From: Anaerolineaceae bacterium
GTDB lineage: Bacteria > Chloroflexota > Anaerolineae > Anaerolineales > Anaerolineaceae
Assembly: GCA_017417055.1 (NCBI GenBank)
Contig: JAFPZX010000045.1
Span: forward strand, 1,947 to 65,946
Direction: 5' to 3'
Length of the DNA stretch: 64,000 nucleotides
The notes under the pieces are model-generated. The model saw only the letters and a list, made by a program, of their open reading frames with translations, did no database searches and was not told the origin of the DNA. The translations under genes were made by a program, and so were the position numbers. Position 1 is the first letter of the stretch; every line of letters begins with the position of its first letter. Of the stretch, positions 35,966-49,200 are shown in pieces.

Positions 35966-37229
35966 ACTTCCTAATATTATTTTAGAATGGCTGCAGACAC
36001 TTGATAGTCCGTCTGCTTTTGCTGCCGCCATAAATGCTTTTATCATTTTGATCCAAACAATTGATTGGAAGTCTATAGCAAAAGTTGTCTCGGTTTTAAT
36101 GCTGTCATTTTTGCTGATTAACTTGTTGTTTTTCGTGAATGAAAAGACATATGAACATTACAGTAAAAAAAAGATAAGAACACATCATTTGACAATTACG
36201 AACAACGGAAATACGCCGTCAATTTTTCTTCTTCGCACCATCGATATGCCGAAAAATGTTGTCTTGCGATATCGGGTTGGAAATCTGCCGATGGTCTGGG
36301 TTACCTATGCACCTCAAAATGTTGAAGGGAAGCTCCCTGAGCAGGATCAGGCTGTGAGTTCACCTTCTGAATCGGCAGAAGCGCCGGATCCGGCTGAAGA
36401 TAAAAATAAATTGATCCCGAATCTGAATGACCCGATGGGAAAATCTAAATCGGATGCAGATATGGGGAAAGCTGTTGAAAAATCGACAAAGGCTATTTCC
36501 AATGCAGGTCGGAAAGCCGGTTTTTTTGCTTCTCTACTCGGCAATATCTCTTCCCTGCTCCCCAAAAGGATCGGATCGATAGATGCGATACAGGGACAAT
36601 TGAAGGAGTTCCAGCAATCTGCTTCACAGCTTACTGCGCAGGTGAATACAAAAGTCAATACAATCAATACATTGTCAGACCAGTTGAGTCAGCTGCCTTT
36701 TGCTGATCAGGTTTCTGCTGCTGCCAGTTCTGCGGGCGTAACTCCCGATGCTATCAAACAGCAGGCAGGCGATATGGCGGGAAATTTTTTGAACGGTACA
36801 GGTCAGGGAGAAGGTGACACCCCGATCAAAATTCCCGGCGGAGAAAGTGACAACGGTTCATTTTTGTCGAAAGACTTTGTTTATGATGAAAGCGTCTGGG
36901 AGAAAAATATCGGGAAAGTCGACAGTATGAACGGCAGTTTGAATTTCGCCCAGTCAAAAATACTGGAACCCGGGGAATCCATGAAGGTGGATTTGGAACT
37001 CATGAATTTAGCAGAAAATCCTTCTGCTGTTTCTCATGTGTATAAAATAGAAGTGAGACAGATCATGCAGTCAAGACTTCATTTTACTGCACCGACCCAA
37101 TATATTAATGGAATTGTTATTTTTCAAAAAGTGAGTATAGCCGATCGATTCCTGCCGCCGCTCATCAATGTAGCTTTGGTGTTTGGCGCGATTGAGATTA
37201 TTTCGTTATATTGTTATTTGATTTTCTGA
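35955..37229 (+). CDS. Membrane protein with N- and C-terminal TM helices and a split Ig-like domain
   Basis: TTG start after an AAAGGAGG RBS overlapping the upstream gene. Hydrophobic N-term; HLTITNNGN...LEPGES halves separated by a helical insert; C-terminal TM. Confidence 0.75.
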   Translation: MISRLPNIILEWLQTLDSPSAFAAAINAFIILIQTIDWKSIAKVVSVLMLSFLLINLLFFVNEKTYEHYSKKKIRTHHLTITNNGNTPSIFLLRTIDMPKNVVLRYRVGNLPMVWVTYAPQNVEGKLPEQDQAVSSPSESAEAPDPAEDKNKLIPNLNDPMGKSKSDADMGKAVEKSTKAISNAGRKAGFFASLLGNISSLLPKRIGSIDAIQGQLKEFQQSASQLTAQVNTKVNTINTLSDQLSQLPFADQVSAAASSAGVTPDAIKQQAGDMAGNFLNGTGQGEGDTPIKIPGGESDNGSFLSKDFVYDESVWEKNIGKVDSMNGSLNFAQSKILEPGESMKVDLELMNLAENPSAVSHVYKIEVRQIMQSRLHFTAPTQYINGIVIFQKVSIADRFLPPLINVALVFGAIEIISLYCYLIF

Positions 37230-37249
37230 ACAACGGAGCGAATTGACCT

Positions 37250-40200
37250 ATGAGTGAAAAGTTTTTCAGCGGAGAAGTTGCCTTTAGTCAGCCGGTGATC
37301 AATATCGGGTCTGATGAGGGAAATGATATCATATTGGATGGAACATCAGTTGGTGATTTTCATGCGATGATGCATTATGAATCCAACCGCTGGTATATCA
37401 CTCCGCTGGATACTTCCAAAAAGACGATGCGCAATGGACTTCCGATTACTGCGAAAGGTTCTCAATTAAAGTCGGGAGATGTGTTGACCATCGGTGACCA
37501 CAGCATGACCCTGATGCTCAATGGGATCAATGTGGATATTTTCGGCCAGGGGCAGGGAAATTTATCGGCTGATGGCAGCCAGTCTAATCGTGAATCGAAT
37601 ATCCAATTGGTGCTCAACGGAACCCCTCCGGTTGAAGTTGATGCCGGCGGTTCTGTTGAATATGAATTGACCGTGTCGAACACAGGACCATTGGTTGCCA
37701 ATATGCAGCTGCAGCTCCAGGGTGTGCCGTCCTCATGGGTTCAGATCACGCCGCCTGTTGTAAACTTGAATGAAGGACAAAAAGGAAATTTTTTAGTACG
37801 TGTCAACCCTCCCCGTGTTTCGAGCGCAAAAGCCGGTGTTTATTATATCCATTTTGTTGTTTCCTCCCCAAATTATCAGCGGGAAACCGCGGCTGTGGAT
37901 ATAAGTCTGACCGTTCATCCTTATACTGAATATCTGCTGAATGGTCCGATACCGCGTGTGCTGAAACTTTCCCACAGTAATTCATCGGATACAGCGGAGC
38001 TTGTGGTCATCAATAATTCCAATGCGGCGGCGAACTTCATTGTTCAGTCCTTTGATGACGCGAGCGAACTTCAATTTGCTTATGCCCGCGGGGGCAGCGG
38101 TGGTGTATATCAGAACCAGGAGATGGTCACTGTACAAGCCGGTGAAAATCTCCGGGTTCCGATGGTGATTTCTCCGAAGAAAATACCTTTTATCGGGTTT
38201 TCCAGCCGTTCCCATCATTATTCAGTCAATGTGACTCCGTCAGACCGGCCCGGAGATGCTCAGTCGGTAATGGGCGAGGTTATTATCAAGCCGCTTATCA
38301 GGACATATGTGCTGTTGTTGATAATTGCTGTTATGCTTGTGGGAATTGTGTTTGGCCTTCAGCCGTATATTCATCAGTTCGATGGCGCGAATGGCAAACA
38401 CACGGTTGTGGTTCTCAATGGAAATTCCGCAGAAATTAACTGGCATGTTTCCTCTTTTGCTTCAAAAGTCACATTGAATGATGGCACCGAGGAGAGAGAT
38501 GTATCAAAAATCGGCAGTACGTTTGTTTCACCGAAAATTTCAACAACTTATGAACTGAAAGCGGAAAATTTTTTGAGCCGGCTTTTGGGGATGGAATACC
38601 GGAAAACGATACGTGTGCTCAGCATGCCGGGCCGTCCGACCATCAGACTGCTGCAGGCAGACAAGCAGGTCGCTTTATATAACCAGCCGGTAAAACTTAC
38701 CTGGGCTGTTGAGGCGGACGCGGATCAGGTGAACATGTCGGTCAATAAGCAGGCAACGCAGCTGGAACCGGAAAGGTATTCCGGAGAGTCGTCCCAGGGG
38801 TTTACTGCGGACACATTGGTTTCACTGCGAGCTGAAAACGCTTCCGGCTACGAAATGAAAAGCCTTTTTATCCATGTCGCTCCGGATCAGATCAACCTGA
38901 CACGATTTGCGGTTTGGGTGCGTCCCAACGGGGCTGCGATTCCCAATAATAATGATACAACAAGGACTTCGCGCTGGAGTGCACTGCAGCTTTCAACCGG
39001 CAGTGACAGCAATGCATCGAAACCTTCCTCTGTCAATCCGCAGCCGGCAGCGCAATCCAATACACTGGAAATTCCGGATAGTTTCAGCAATCCTTCTGCA
39101 TCAGGGCAGAATTTCAACCCGGAACAGCAGTCACTGAATGGTTCGGCAGCACAGCCGACGCCTTATATCTATACACCGCCGGAAATAGATTCTGCCGGGA
39201 CGGAACTGCTGGTCAGTCCTTTGCTCAACAGGCAGGATGCTCAGGCGAACCCGAATGGTGTTCAACAGACGGAAATCATCACATCCGGTCCTGTGCAGGA
39301 GCCGACGGCTCCCCAGACGTCACCGGAAGGAAGCGGCAACGGGTATAACCGCGATTTTTCCATTAAATTTGCAGAAGTTGTCGAAGATCCTGCCAACGAG
39401 TCCGGATATCGTGTGATCGAATACTTCCCGGATTATCAGATCCAGCCGGGCGAACAGATCCTGATCGAATGGAGAGTTGAAGGCGTCACCCAGGTGAAAA
39501 TCGATAACCTTTCCTCCGATAATTTGAAGAGTTCCGGCGGCGAATATGCCAACCCGGAAAAGACGACGACGTACGTGCTCCATGCCGAAGTCGGAGAAGT
39601 AAAGCAGGATTATTCTCTTCCTGTGCGTGTAGCGGGTGAACCGGAAGATGGCGAAGGTTCGGGGAAGAACTGCGAACTGAAGGCGAGCGCGACCACGCTG
39701 AAGGAACCTGGTACGGTGATGCTTTCCTGGACCGGCGCCGGCGGGAACCGGGTCCAGCTGGTTTCTTCTGCGAAGGCGGAATCGGATGCCGCGGATGCTG
39801 AAAAGAAAAAGGAACAGGAAGCCAAGGAGAAGGGTGAAACGTACGAAAAGCCGAAGCAGCCGGGACCTTTGTCCGGCGGAACCATCGGAGACTGGCTGCA
39901 GCCTTCCGGTTTTATGCGCATCAATGTGGAAAACCAGACCACTTTTGTCCTCAATGCTTATGACGGCGGCGGCAATGTGATTTGTACCAAATCTGTTGAG
40001 GTCAAGCTGGATGGCGGGAATGACAAGCAGGATATCTCAAAAATTGAAGGCGCCAGCTTTAAGATCACCCGCATCGCGGATGAAAATAACGTGGAACAGA
40101 AGATTTATGCTGTCGGACAGACGGTGCAGTATACGGTTGCCTTTGAAGGCTTCCCGAAGGATAAGGAACCCAGCGGCAACGTTGTGATCAGCGACGGCAA

Positions 40201-43200
40201 CGGTTCCTGCACGGTCACGCTGCCGGTGACTTCCTGCTCCTTCCAGGCGAAAAAGGCCGGCAATCTGACCGTCACCGCGGTTTATTCCGGCGACAATAAC
40301 TATAAAAAGGCCCAGACTACCGCCAAAGAGGTTGTAATTGATAAATTGGAATCCACAACAGAGCTTCAGGCTGCACTGAAACCGGGGGCTAATACGGCCG
40401 ATGTAATCACGCAGCTGAAGTTTGATACGGAAAATACGTACGGTCTGATTCCCACCGGAACCATCACCTTCACTGCCGGCTCAGGCACCTGTGACTTGGA
40501 TGTGGTCTCTGATAAGCTGACCTGCGATGGAACGGTTGTTGAAAATCCGGAGGATGGATATTGGTGGACGATCACCGATATGCTGCTCGCGGATACCAAT
40601 GCTGACCGGATTACCGCGGCCTATAAGGGGGATAATTATTTCAGTCCTTCAACTTCGAGAGCGGTGCTTTTCTACAAGGTTCCGACGACCATAACGATCC
40701 CGGATGATCCGACGCCTTATAAACCGGATGTTACGCACGCGAATTTCACGGCTGAATTATCCTGGGAGCTTCCATGGGATGAAGAAGATTCAGTTTATGA
40801 ATTGGTTAAAGATTTGAAACCGACCGGTACAATAACCTTCACCCCTATGAGTAATGCAGAAGATAGTAATGCGTCTAATGCGAGTACAGCAAATTGTGTT
40901 TATGACATTGCTGCTGAAAGTTTATCCTGTGAGGGTACTGTTGTAAACACGGATTATTCATTTGCTGTCAGCCAAATGCTGGTTTCTAACAATGCGGATC
41001 GTGTCCGTGTAAATTACAGCGGTGATTCCTTTTACAGTGCTTCTTCCTTTACGAAGAATTTTGCGACCATATTGACAACGATTGAGATTGGCAATGATCC
41101 GATGCCGACAAAATATCCTGATGGAAAGATCAGCCTTAATGTTGAAATAAAGCCGGATCCGAGTGGAACTGTTCCGGAAGGAAAAGCCATTACCGGAAAG
41201 ATTACGCTGAATTCGGGCGCCGCAACAGCCTGTGTATATAATATTGACCAGAATACGTTTGAAAATTGTTCTGGTGACCCCGTCGTTAGAGCGGCTGATG
41301 GAAAATTTGAATTTTCCGGATTGGCCTTTACCGGAACAACGGGCAATAACATCACAGCGGAATACAGCGGTGATTCCTATTTCAGAGCTTCTACCAGTCA
41401 GGCTGTTCCTTTCAGGGTTATAACGAAGATCGATACACAAAAGACCATCACAACCGCGTTCAAAACCGATGCGTCACATGTGACCGTTGTATCTGAGCTG
41501 ACCTGGACGCCGGATGTGGATGATGATAAGGTTCCGACGGGAACGATCACGTACACGATTGGCGCCGGTACCTGTGTTCTGGATTTTTCTGATCTGGAAG
41601 AGCCGAAGCTGACCTGTGAATATGATAAGGATAGTGATAAACAGATCATTTCCCCGGTCGAAACTGAAGAAGCTGCCAAAGGAAAAATTACCTTCACCAT
41701 TGAAAATATGCAGATTGCCGACCAAACCGCAGATCGTATTACTGCTGCATACAGCGGTGATGCTGCCTTCAATCCATCAACCAGTACTCAAAAAATGCTG
41801 ACAAAGGTCGATACGGAAAGCATTATTAATTACGCGTTCAAGCCGGGCGAATCGCTTGCCAATCTGGAATCTGTTTTAAGCTGGAAACCTGCAGATCTTC
41901 CTGAGGATGCACGGGAAATACAGCCGACAGGAACAATTACTTATACTGTCGGGAGTGGAACCTGTGTACTGACACTTGGAGAAGAACCGAAATTATCCTG
42001 CAAGACTGCTGAGGATGGGCTAAATGTCGATTTTTCCGCTGATACCGATAAGGATGCTCTGACAGTCAGAATCGTGGAAATGCTGTTGGCTGACAAGACC
42101 GCTGACCGTGTAACTGCTGCCTACAGCGGCGATGCCCTCTTCAATCCGTCAACCAGTACTGCATTCATTTTCACGAAAATACATACAAATTTGAAGTTTG
42201 TTGAAGCGTATAAACCATTTGCTTCAATAACAAATATTATTACATCGTTGATTCTAAATGAGAAAGATTTAGAGAGTGCTAAATGTAGTGATAAATGTCC
42301 AAAGCCGACAGGAACTATAACCTTTACAATTATAAAACCTGCAAATCTCGTGACAACATCTAAAACGGAAAGTAAATGTGTTCTTACAATTAATGAAAAT
42401 ATTGGCGAGTATTCTTTAGATTGTACGGGCAGTGTCTCGTCCAAATTACTTGACAATGGTTTTTCTTATGAATACACTATTTTGAATTTATTGATACAAG
42501 ACCAGTATGCAGATCGAATAATAGCTGAATATAGTGGGGATTCATTCTATTATGCATCAACAGCTTCTGAAACATTGTTTAATCGTGTGCTGACCGAAAC
42601 CGTGATTACGGAGGCGGACAAGAGAACAGATAATAATAGAAAATTGGCTGATTTCACAGTTGAAGTCAGCTGGCTGGATGCGGCAAAAGATGACGCCACA
42701 CCTACCGGTACGCTCACTTTCACTTATGGAGACGGAACCTGTGATATTGATATGGTTACCGGAGAAGGAGTCGGTGAACATGCTTGTGAAGTAAGCAGAA
42801 TCTCAAAATACGGCAGCCGATTTGTCATCGAAGGTATGGCTTTGGGTGACGAAGATCCCGATTCCATTACTGCTGCATATTCCGGTGACAGTGCCTTCCA
42901 TCCTTCGACATCCCAGCCGTGGAAATTCGACATGATCGATACCGTAATTGAAATCACGGGGGCATTCAAACCGGATGATACCATGGCAAATCTGGTGGCT
43001 TTGCTGACCTGGGATGAGGAAGAAGCGGGAGACAGAAATCCGACCGGTACCGTGACCTTTATCGCGTCCAACAGCATGGTGGATACAGTCACCTGTGTTC
43101 ATGAGCTTGGTACAGAAGATCCCAACAACTTCAGTTGTCGGGGCACGCTGACTGATAATAATTATGAATTCACAATCGGAAATATGCCGGTCGGAGAAAT

Positions 43201-46200
43201 TTCGGTAGACCGCATCCGCGTGGAATACTCCGGTGATGACAACTTTAATCCTTCCACCAGCAAGATGGTGATGTTCAAAACCGTTGGAACCGCTACAGAA
43301 ATAACTGATGCCGAGAAAACTGCGGATAATGTAGTAGAGATGACCACTGTCCTATCGTGGGATGAATTTGCGTCAGGAGGCGTTTTGCCCTCCGGAACCA
43401 TCAAATTTACATCCGGTTCAAGAACCTGTACCCTGGTTCTTTCTTACAAAGATGGTGAAGATGATTTCAAGTTTACTGATTGTCAGGGGCATGCAAATAG
43501 AATTAATAAAGAAATTGATGATGATAAAAAGCTGACTATATCGATTACTGGCTTGACCATGACAGGCGCAGGTGAGACAATCAAGGCGGAATATTCCGGC
43601 AGCGGAGCATATTTGAGTTCCGTTTCTCCGGAGGTCCATTTCAACAAATTTGGTACCAATCTGGAAATTGATAGCGCAAAAACCTTCAAGACAGACAGTT
43701 CCCATGTGACTGTTGAATCTTATCTGATTTGGAGCAAAAACGAAGCGGGCGAGAGTAACCGCCCTACGGGAACGGTGAAATTCACCATTGGCAGCAGTGT
43801 TTGTACGCTGGATCTTGGGGCGAAAACGCTGAGCGATTGTGAATCCGGAAAGAACCCTGTTGTGTCCGATCCGGAAAATATTGCAGACAGTGAGAACAGA
43901 AGGTATCATCTGGTTATTGAAGAAGTTCTCTTTGAAGGAGAAGCTGACCGGGTGAAGGCGGAGTACAGTGGTGATTCCATGTTCAACGCATCCAATGCAT
44001 CTTCTTTGTTCAAGACGCTCGAGACGGAAACGATCATCATCAATGATGCGGCCTACAAGCCATATCGCCCGAATGAGGGATACGCGAACTTCAACGTCAG
44101 GCTGACCTGGGATGAAACGCAGTCTAACGGACGGATCCCCGGCGGGACAATCAACTTCACACCGGTGAATTCGGAAACCTGTGTTTATACCATCGGCGGA
44201 AGGATGAGCTGTGAAGGTACGGTAACTGTGGTTTATGTGGATCCCAATGATCACAGTAAGGGAATCGATCACTTTGAGGTCCGCAATATGCTGATGTCCA
44301 ATTCCGCATCTGACCGCATCAAGGCGGAATACAAGGGCGACGGATTCTTTGAACCGTCTGCCAGCACAACCGTACTGTTTGACATGTCCGATACCGCTAC
44401 GAAGATCTCCTCTGCGGCCAAATCTCCGGAAGGTGTGGTGGAAATGATCGTGGCTGTTGTCCCGACAAAAGGCCATCCGGACGGTCGCGGTCCTTTGGGA
44501 ACGCTCAAGATCACATCCGGTACAAAGACCTGTACGCTGGAACTTTCTGAAACTTCACAAAGATTTTCCGACTGTGATGGTGTCGTCACGTTTACGGCCG
44601 GCAGTTATCATATCACCGGTCTCCAGATGGGTGCCGAAACCTCCGGGAACAATATCAAAGCAGAATATTCCGGCGACAGCTATTTCCGCGCGTCTACCTC
44701 GCCGACCTTTGACTTTACCAAACACAATACCACGATCACGATCAATAATGTGGTAAAACCGGGCGATCCTCAGCGTGCGAACGTCACAACTACGCTTTCC
44801 TGGGACAATGAAAAGACAGAGGGCAGGATGCCGACCGGGACGGTCACCTTTACGATCGGTACGGAGAAATGTGCTTTGAATATGGCGGAAAGCACGATCA
44901 GCTGTTTTGATAATCTGACCAAAGTCACCAGAACAACATCAGATACGAATGACAGTTACACCTGGGTCATTGAAAATATTAAGCTGACAGTCGGTACAGC
45001 AGACCGCGTTTATGCGGAATATGGCGGCGATGCATATTTTAACGCATCTGCGAGCAATACAGTGCTGTTCAAGACAGTACCGACAGTGACCACGGCAATC
45101 AAAGCTTTCAAGACAGAAACTGATTATGCGGATCTCTCAGGTTCAATAACCTGGGATGAAAGCCTTTCTGACGGCAGAGAGCCACATGGAACGGTAAAGA
45201 TCACTGCGGGGAGCGGTGTCTGTACGCTGGATATTGTGGAAAAGAAGCTGAGCTGCAATTCAGAAGGGGTCACAGTCACAACGAATGACGCGAAGAACAG
45301 GATCGATTTTGTAATCTCCAGAATGCTGTTGGACGATAAAACCGCTGACCGTGTGCAGATGGAGTACAGCGGTGACGGCTTCTTCCTGCCTTCAAGCAGT
45401 GAGAAAGTATTGTTCTACACGATCCCGACGGATCTGGCGATATCAAACGCTGTTCGTACACAAACCGGTGTTGTCGGACTGACCACGGTTCTGAGCTGGA
45501 TGGATGCATCACCGACAGGACGAACGCCTACCGGTACCATCAAATTTACCTCCGGAACCGGTATATGCACGCTGGATATTAGCGGTGCTGCTCCGCGATT
45601 TACAGATTGCGGCGGGTCGGTGTCCGTTGCAGAACAAGGGTTGAAACGGACATATACGATCACCGGCATGAACATGACCGGAAAGGCCGGCGACTCCATC
45701 AAAGCAGAGTATTCCGGAGATGGCGGGTTTGTGACCTCAACTTCCAATACGCTGACATTCAGCAGATTGAATACGACGTTGGAATTTGACAATAACAAAA
45801 CGCACAAAGCAGGTCAATCAAACTTGAACCTCCTGGCTGATCTGGGCTGGGATAATGTGGCATCGGGAGGTCAAATACCGAGCGGTACCGTAAAATTTAC
45901 GATTGGCAGCGGCGTTTGTACGCTGAACCTTGATACCGGTGTTATGGACTGTGAGTCGGAAAACATCACCATCACAGACAGTGACGGGAACAGACAAATC
46001 AATATTCTCAAAATGCTGCTGGCAGACAGTTCTGCGGACCGTGTGAAAGCAGAATACAGCGGCGATTCGGTATTCAATCCGTCCACCGCCACAGCCCTGT
46101 TTAGAACGGTCGAGACTTCAATCGTTATCATTAATGATCAGAATAACAAACCATACCGCCCGAACGATGGGTATGCGAACTTTAATACCAGGCTGACATG

Positions 46201-49200
46201 GATCGAATCGGAAGCCGATGGGCAGACGCCGACCGGAACCATTACTTTCACGACCATCTTTCCGGATCCGCTGGCTTCAGGCAAATGTGTCTATGATCTC
46301 AGCAGCAATAAGATGGACTGTGAAGGCAGTGTAAGTTATGTGACAGACCATTATGAGATCCGTAATATGCTGATGAACATCGTTAATGCGGACCGGGTGA
46401 AAGCGGAGTACAGCGGAGACGGGTTCTTCCTGCCTTCCGCCAGTACGACCGTTCTGTTTGACATGTCTGATACTTCCACGAGAATCACTTCTGCCGCAAA
46501 ATCACCGGATGGCGTGGTGGAAATGATCGTGGCTGTCAACCCGACCAAAGATCATCCGGACAATCGCGGACCTCTGGGAACGCTCAAGATCACATCCGGC
46601 ACAAAAACCTGTACACTGGAGCTTACTGCCAATACACAACGGTTCTCAGACTGCGAAGGTGAAGTCTCGCTTACGGACGAAAATTATCACATCATCGGTC
46701 TTCAGATGGGGGCAGAAACCTCCGGGAACAACATCAGGGCGGAGTATTCCGGGGACAGTTATTTCCGTCCCTCTACCTCGCCGACCTATGACTTTGTCAA
46801 AGCCAACACGTCTCTGACGATCACCAAAGCAGCCAAACCGGGTGATCCGGCATTGGCTGACGTGACCGCAGTCCTTTCCTGGCGGAAGGATGACGCACCA
46901 ACCAGGAGCCCGAGCGGCAATATTCGTTTCACCATCGGTTCGGATGTTTGTGTCCTGAGCAGGATCGAAAATGAGGCACCCGGATTCAACTGTACCGGGA
47001 ATGATACAGTTATCACCCGCGTCTATTCACATGAAGAATCGGATGCCGAGTGGACCTATACCTTCACACTGAAGAACATCCTGCTTTCCTCAGGCTCAGC
47101 AGACCGGGTCCTGGCAGAATACAACGGCGATGCGCTCTTCAATTCTTCCACCAGCAAGACCGTCCTCTTCAAGACCGTCCCGACACAGATCCAGGTCACC
47201 AATGTTGTCAAAACCGAAACCGATTACGCGGATCTCATCGCAACGCTGAACTGGGACGAGACTCTCGCTGACGGGCAAACCCCTGCCGGTACATTGAAGA
47301 TCACCGCAGGGAACGGCGTCTGCACGCTGGATATCGCTGAGAAGAAACTCAGCTGTTACGCGAAAGAAAACCCGGTTGTCACAGTCAATGACGAAAAGAA
47401 TCAGATGACCTTTACCATCCGCGGCATGCTGCTGGATGACACAAGCGCGGACCGGGTACAGCTTGAATACAGCGGTGATGGCTTCTTCCTCACTTCAAGC
47501 AGTACCAAGGTGCTCTTTGACACCATCCCGACGGATATCGCGATCTCCGAGGCGTCCCGTACACAGGGCGGCAGTATTGATTTGAAAACCACACTGAGCT
47601 GGATCAACACCTCTCCCACTGGCAGAACACCGAGCGGAACGATTAAATTCACCTCGGGGACCGGAACCTGTAACGTGGAAATTTCCGGTTCAACGGCTAA
47701 ATTCAAGGATTGTGACGGGACTGTCACCGCGGTATTGGATGCGGTAAACCGGACCTTCGCTCTTACCATAACCAACATGAATATGGGGACCAGAACCGGT
47801 GAAGATATCAAAGCTGAATATTCCGGCGATGGCGGTTTCCTGCCATCGGTTTCTGAAACAATTGCTTTCGATAAGTCGGATACAGAGCTGACAATCGTCA
47901 GCGCCTCCACTTACAAAGTTTCTGATTCACTGGCAAATGTCGTTGCAGATCTGACCTGGGAAAAAGAAGGGGAAGATGATGAGCAGAAAGCCAGTGGAAC
48001 GATCAAATTTACGATTGGCAGTGGCGTTTGTACGCTGGACCTCTCCGCAAAGACGGTGAGTGACTGTGAGACGAGCTCCGTTTTCGTCACCGAAACGGAA
48101 GATGATACGCACAAGGGGTACCATGTGGTGATCACGGGACTGCTGTTAGCGGACAATACCGCTGACCGGGTGAAAGCGGAATACAGCGGTGACTCCATCT
48201 TCAATCCATCATCCTCCACAGCGCTCTTTAAGACCGTGGAAACGGCGATCGAAGTCGTCAATGACATTACCTACAAACCTTATCGTCCGAATAATGGCTA
48301 TGCCAATTTCAACACCAGGCTTACCTGGGATGAATCTGCTGCCAACGGGCGTACTCCGGGTGGGACGATCACTTTCACGACGATCTTCCCGGATCCGCTG
48401 GTTTCCACCAAGTGTGTCTATGACCTCAGCACGGAAAAGATGGACTGTGAAGGACAGGTGAGTTTTGTTCCGGAATCCGGAGAGGTGCCCGCTCATTATG
48501 AGATCCGCAATATGCTGATGAATTACGCTAAAGCGGACCGGGTGAAAGCAGAATATAGCGGCGACGGGTTCTTCCTGCCTTCCGCGAGTACGACTGTCCT
48601 GTTTGACATGTCCGATACCGCCACGAGGATCTCCTCTGCTGCCAAATCGCCGGAAGGTGTAGTGGCAATGACTGTGGCTATCGTCCCGACAAAAGAGCAT
48701 CCGGACGGACGGGAACCTTTGGGTACACTTAAAATCATTTCCGGTACAAAGACCTGTACATTGGAACTTACTGCCACCTCCCAGAAATTCTCTGACTGTG
48801 ACGGAGTTGTTGAACTTACATCGGATGGAAATTATCACATCACCGACCTTCAGATGGGTGTTGAAACATCCGGGACGAACATCAGAGCGGAATATTCCGG
48901 TGACAGTTTCTTCCTGGCATCTACCTCTCCGACCATCGATTTTGTCAAGGTGGATACGGAACTGAGACTCGAAAACGTCTACAAACCGGGCAGCCGGAAT
49001 ATGTCAAATCTGACCGTTACACTCTCCTGGGACAAACTAAAGGCGGATGGCAAAGCACCTTCCGGGACGATCCGCTTTACGATCGGTTCAGATACGTGTA
49101 CGATGACCCGTCTGGAAAATGTCACACCGGGCTTTAACTGTTCCAGCGAAAACACTGTGATCACGCGGACGAAATCCGAACCTGCTGACAGCGATAAATG

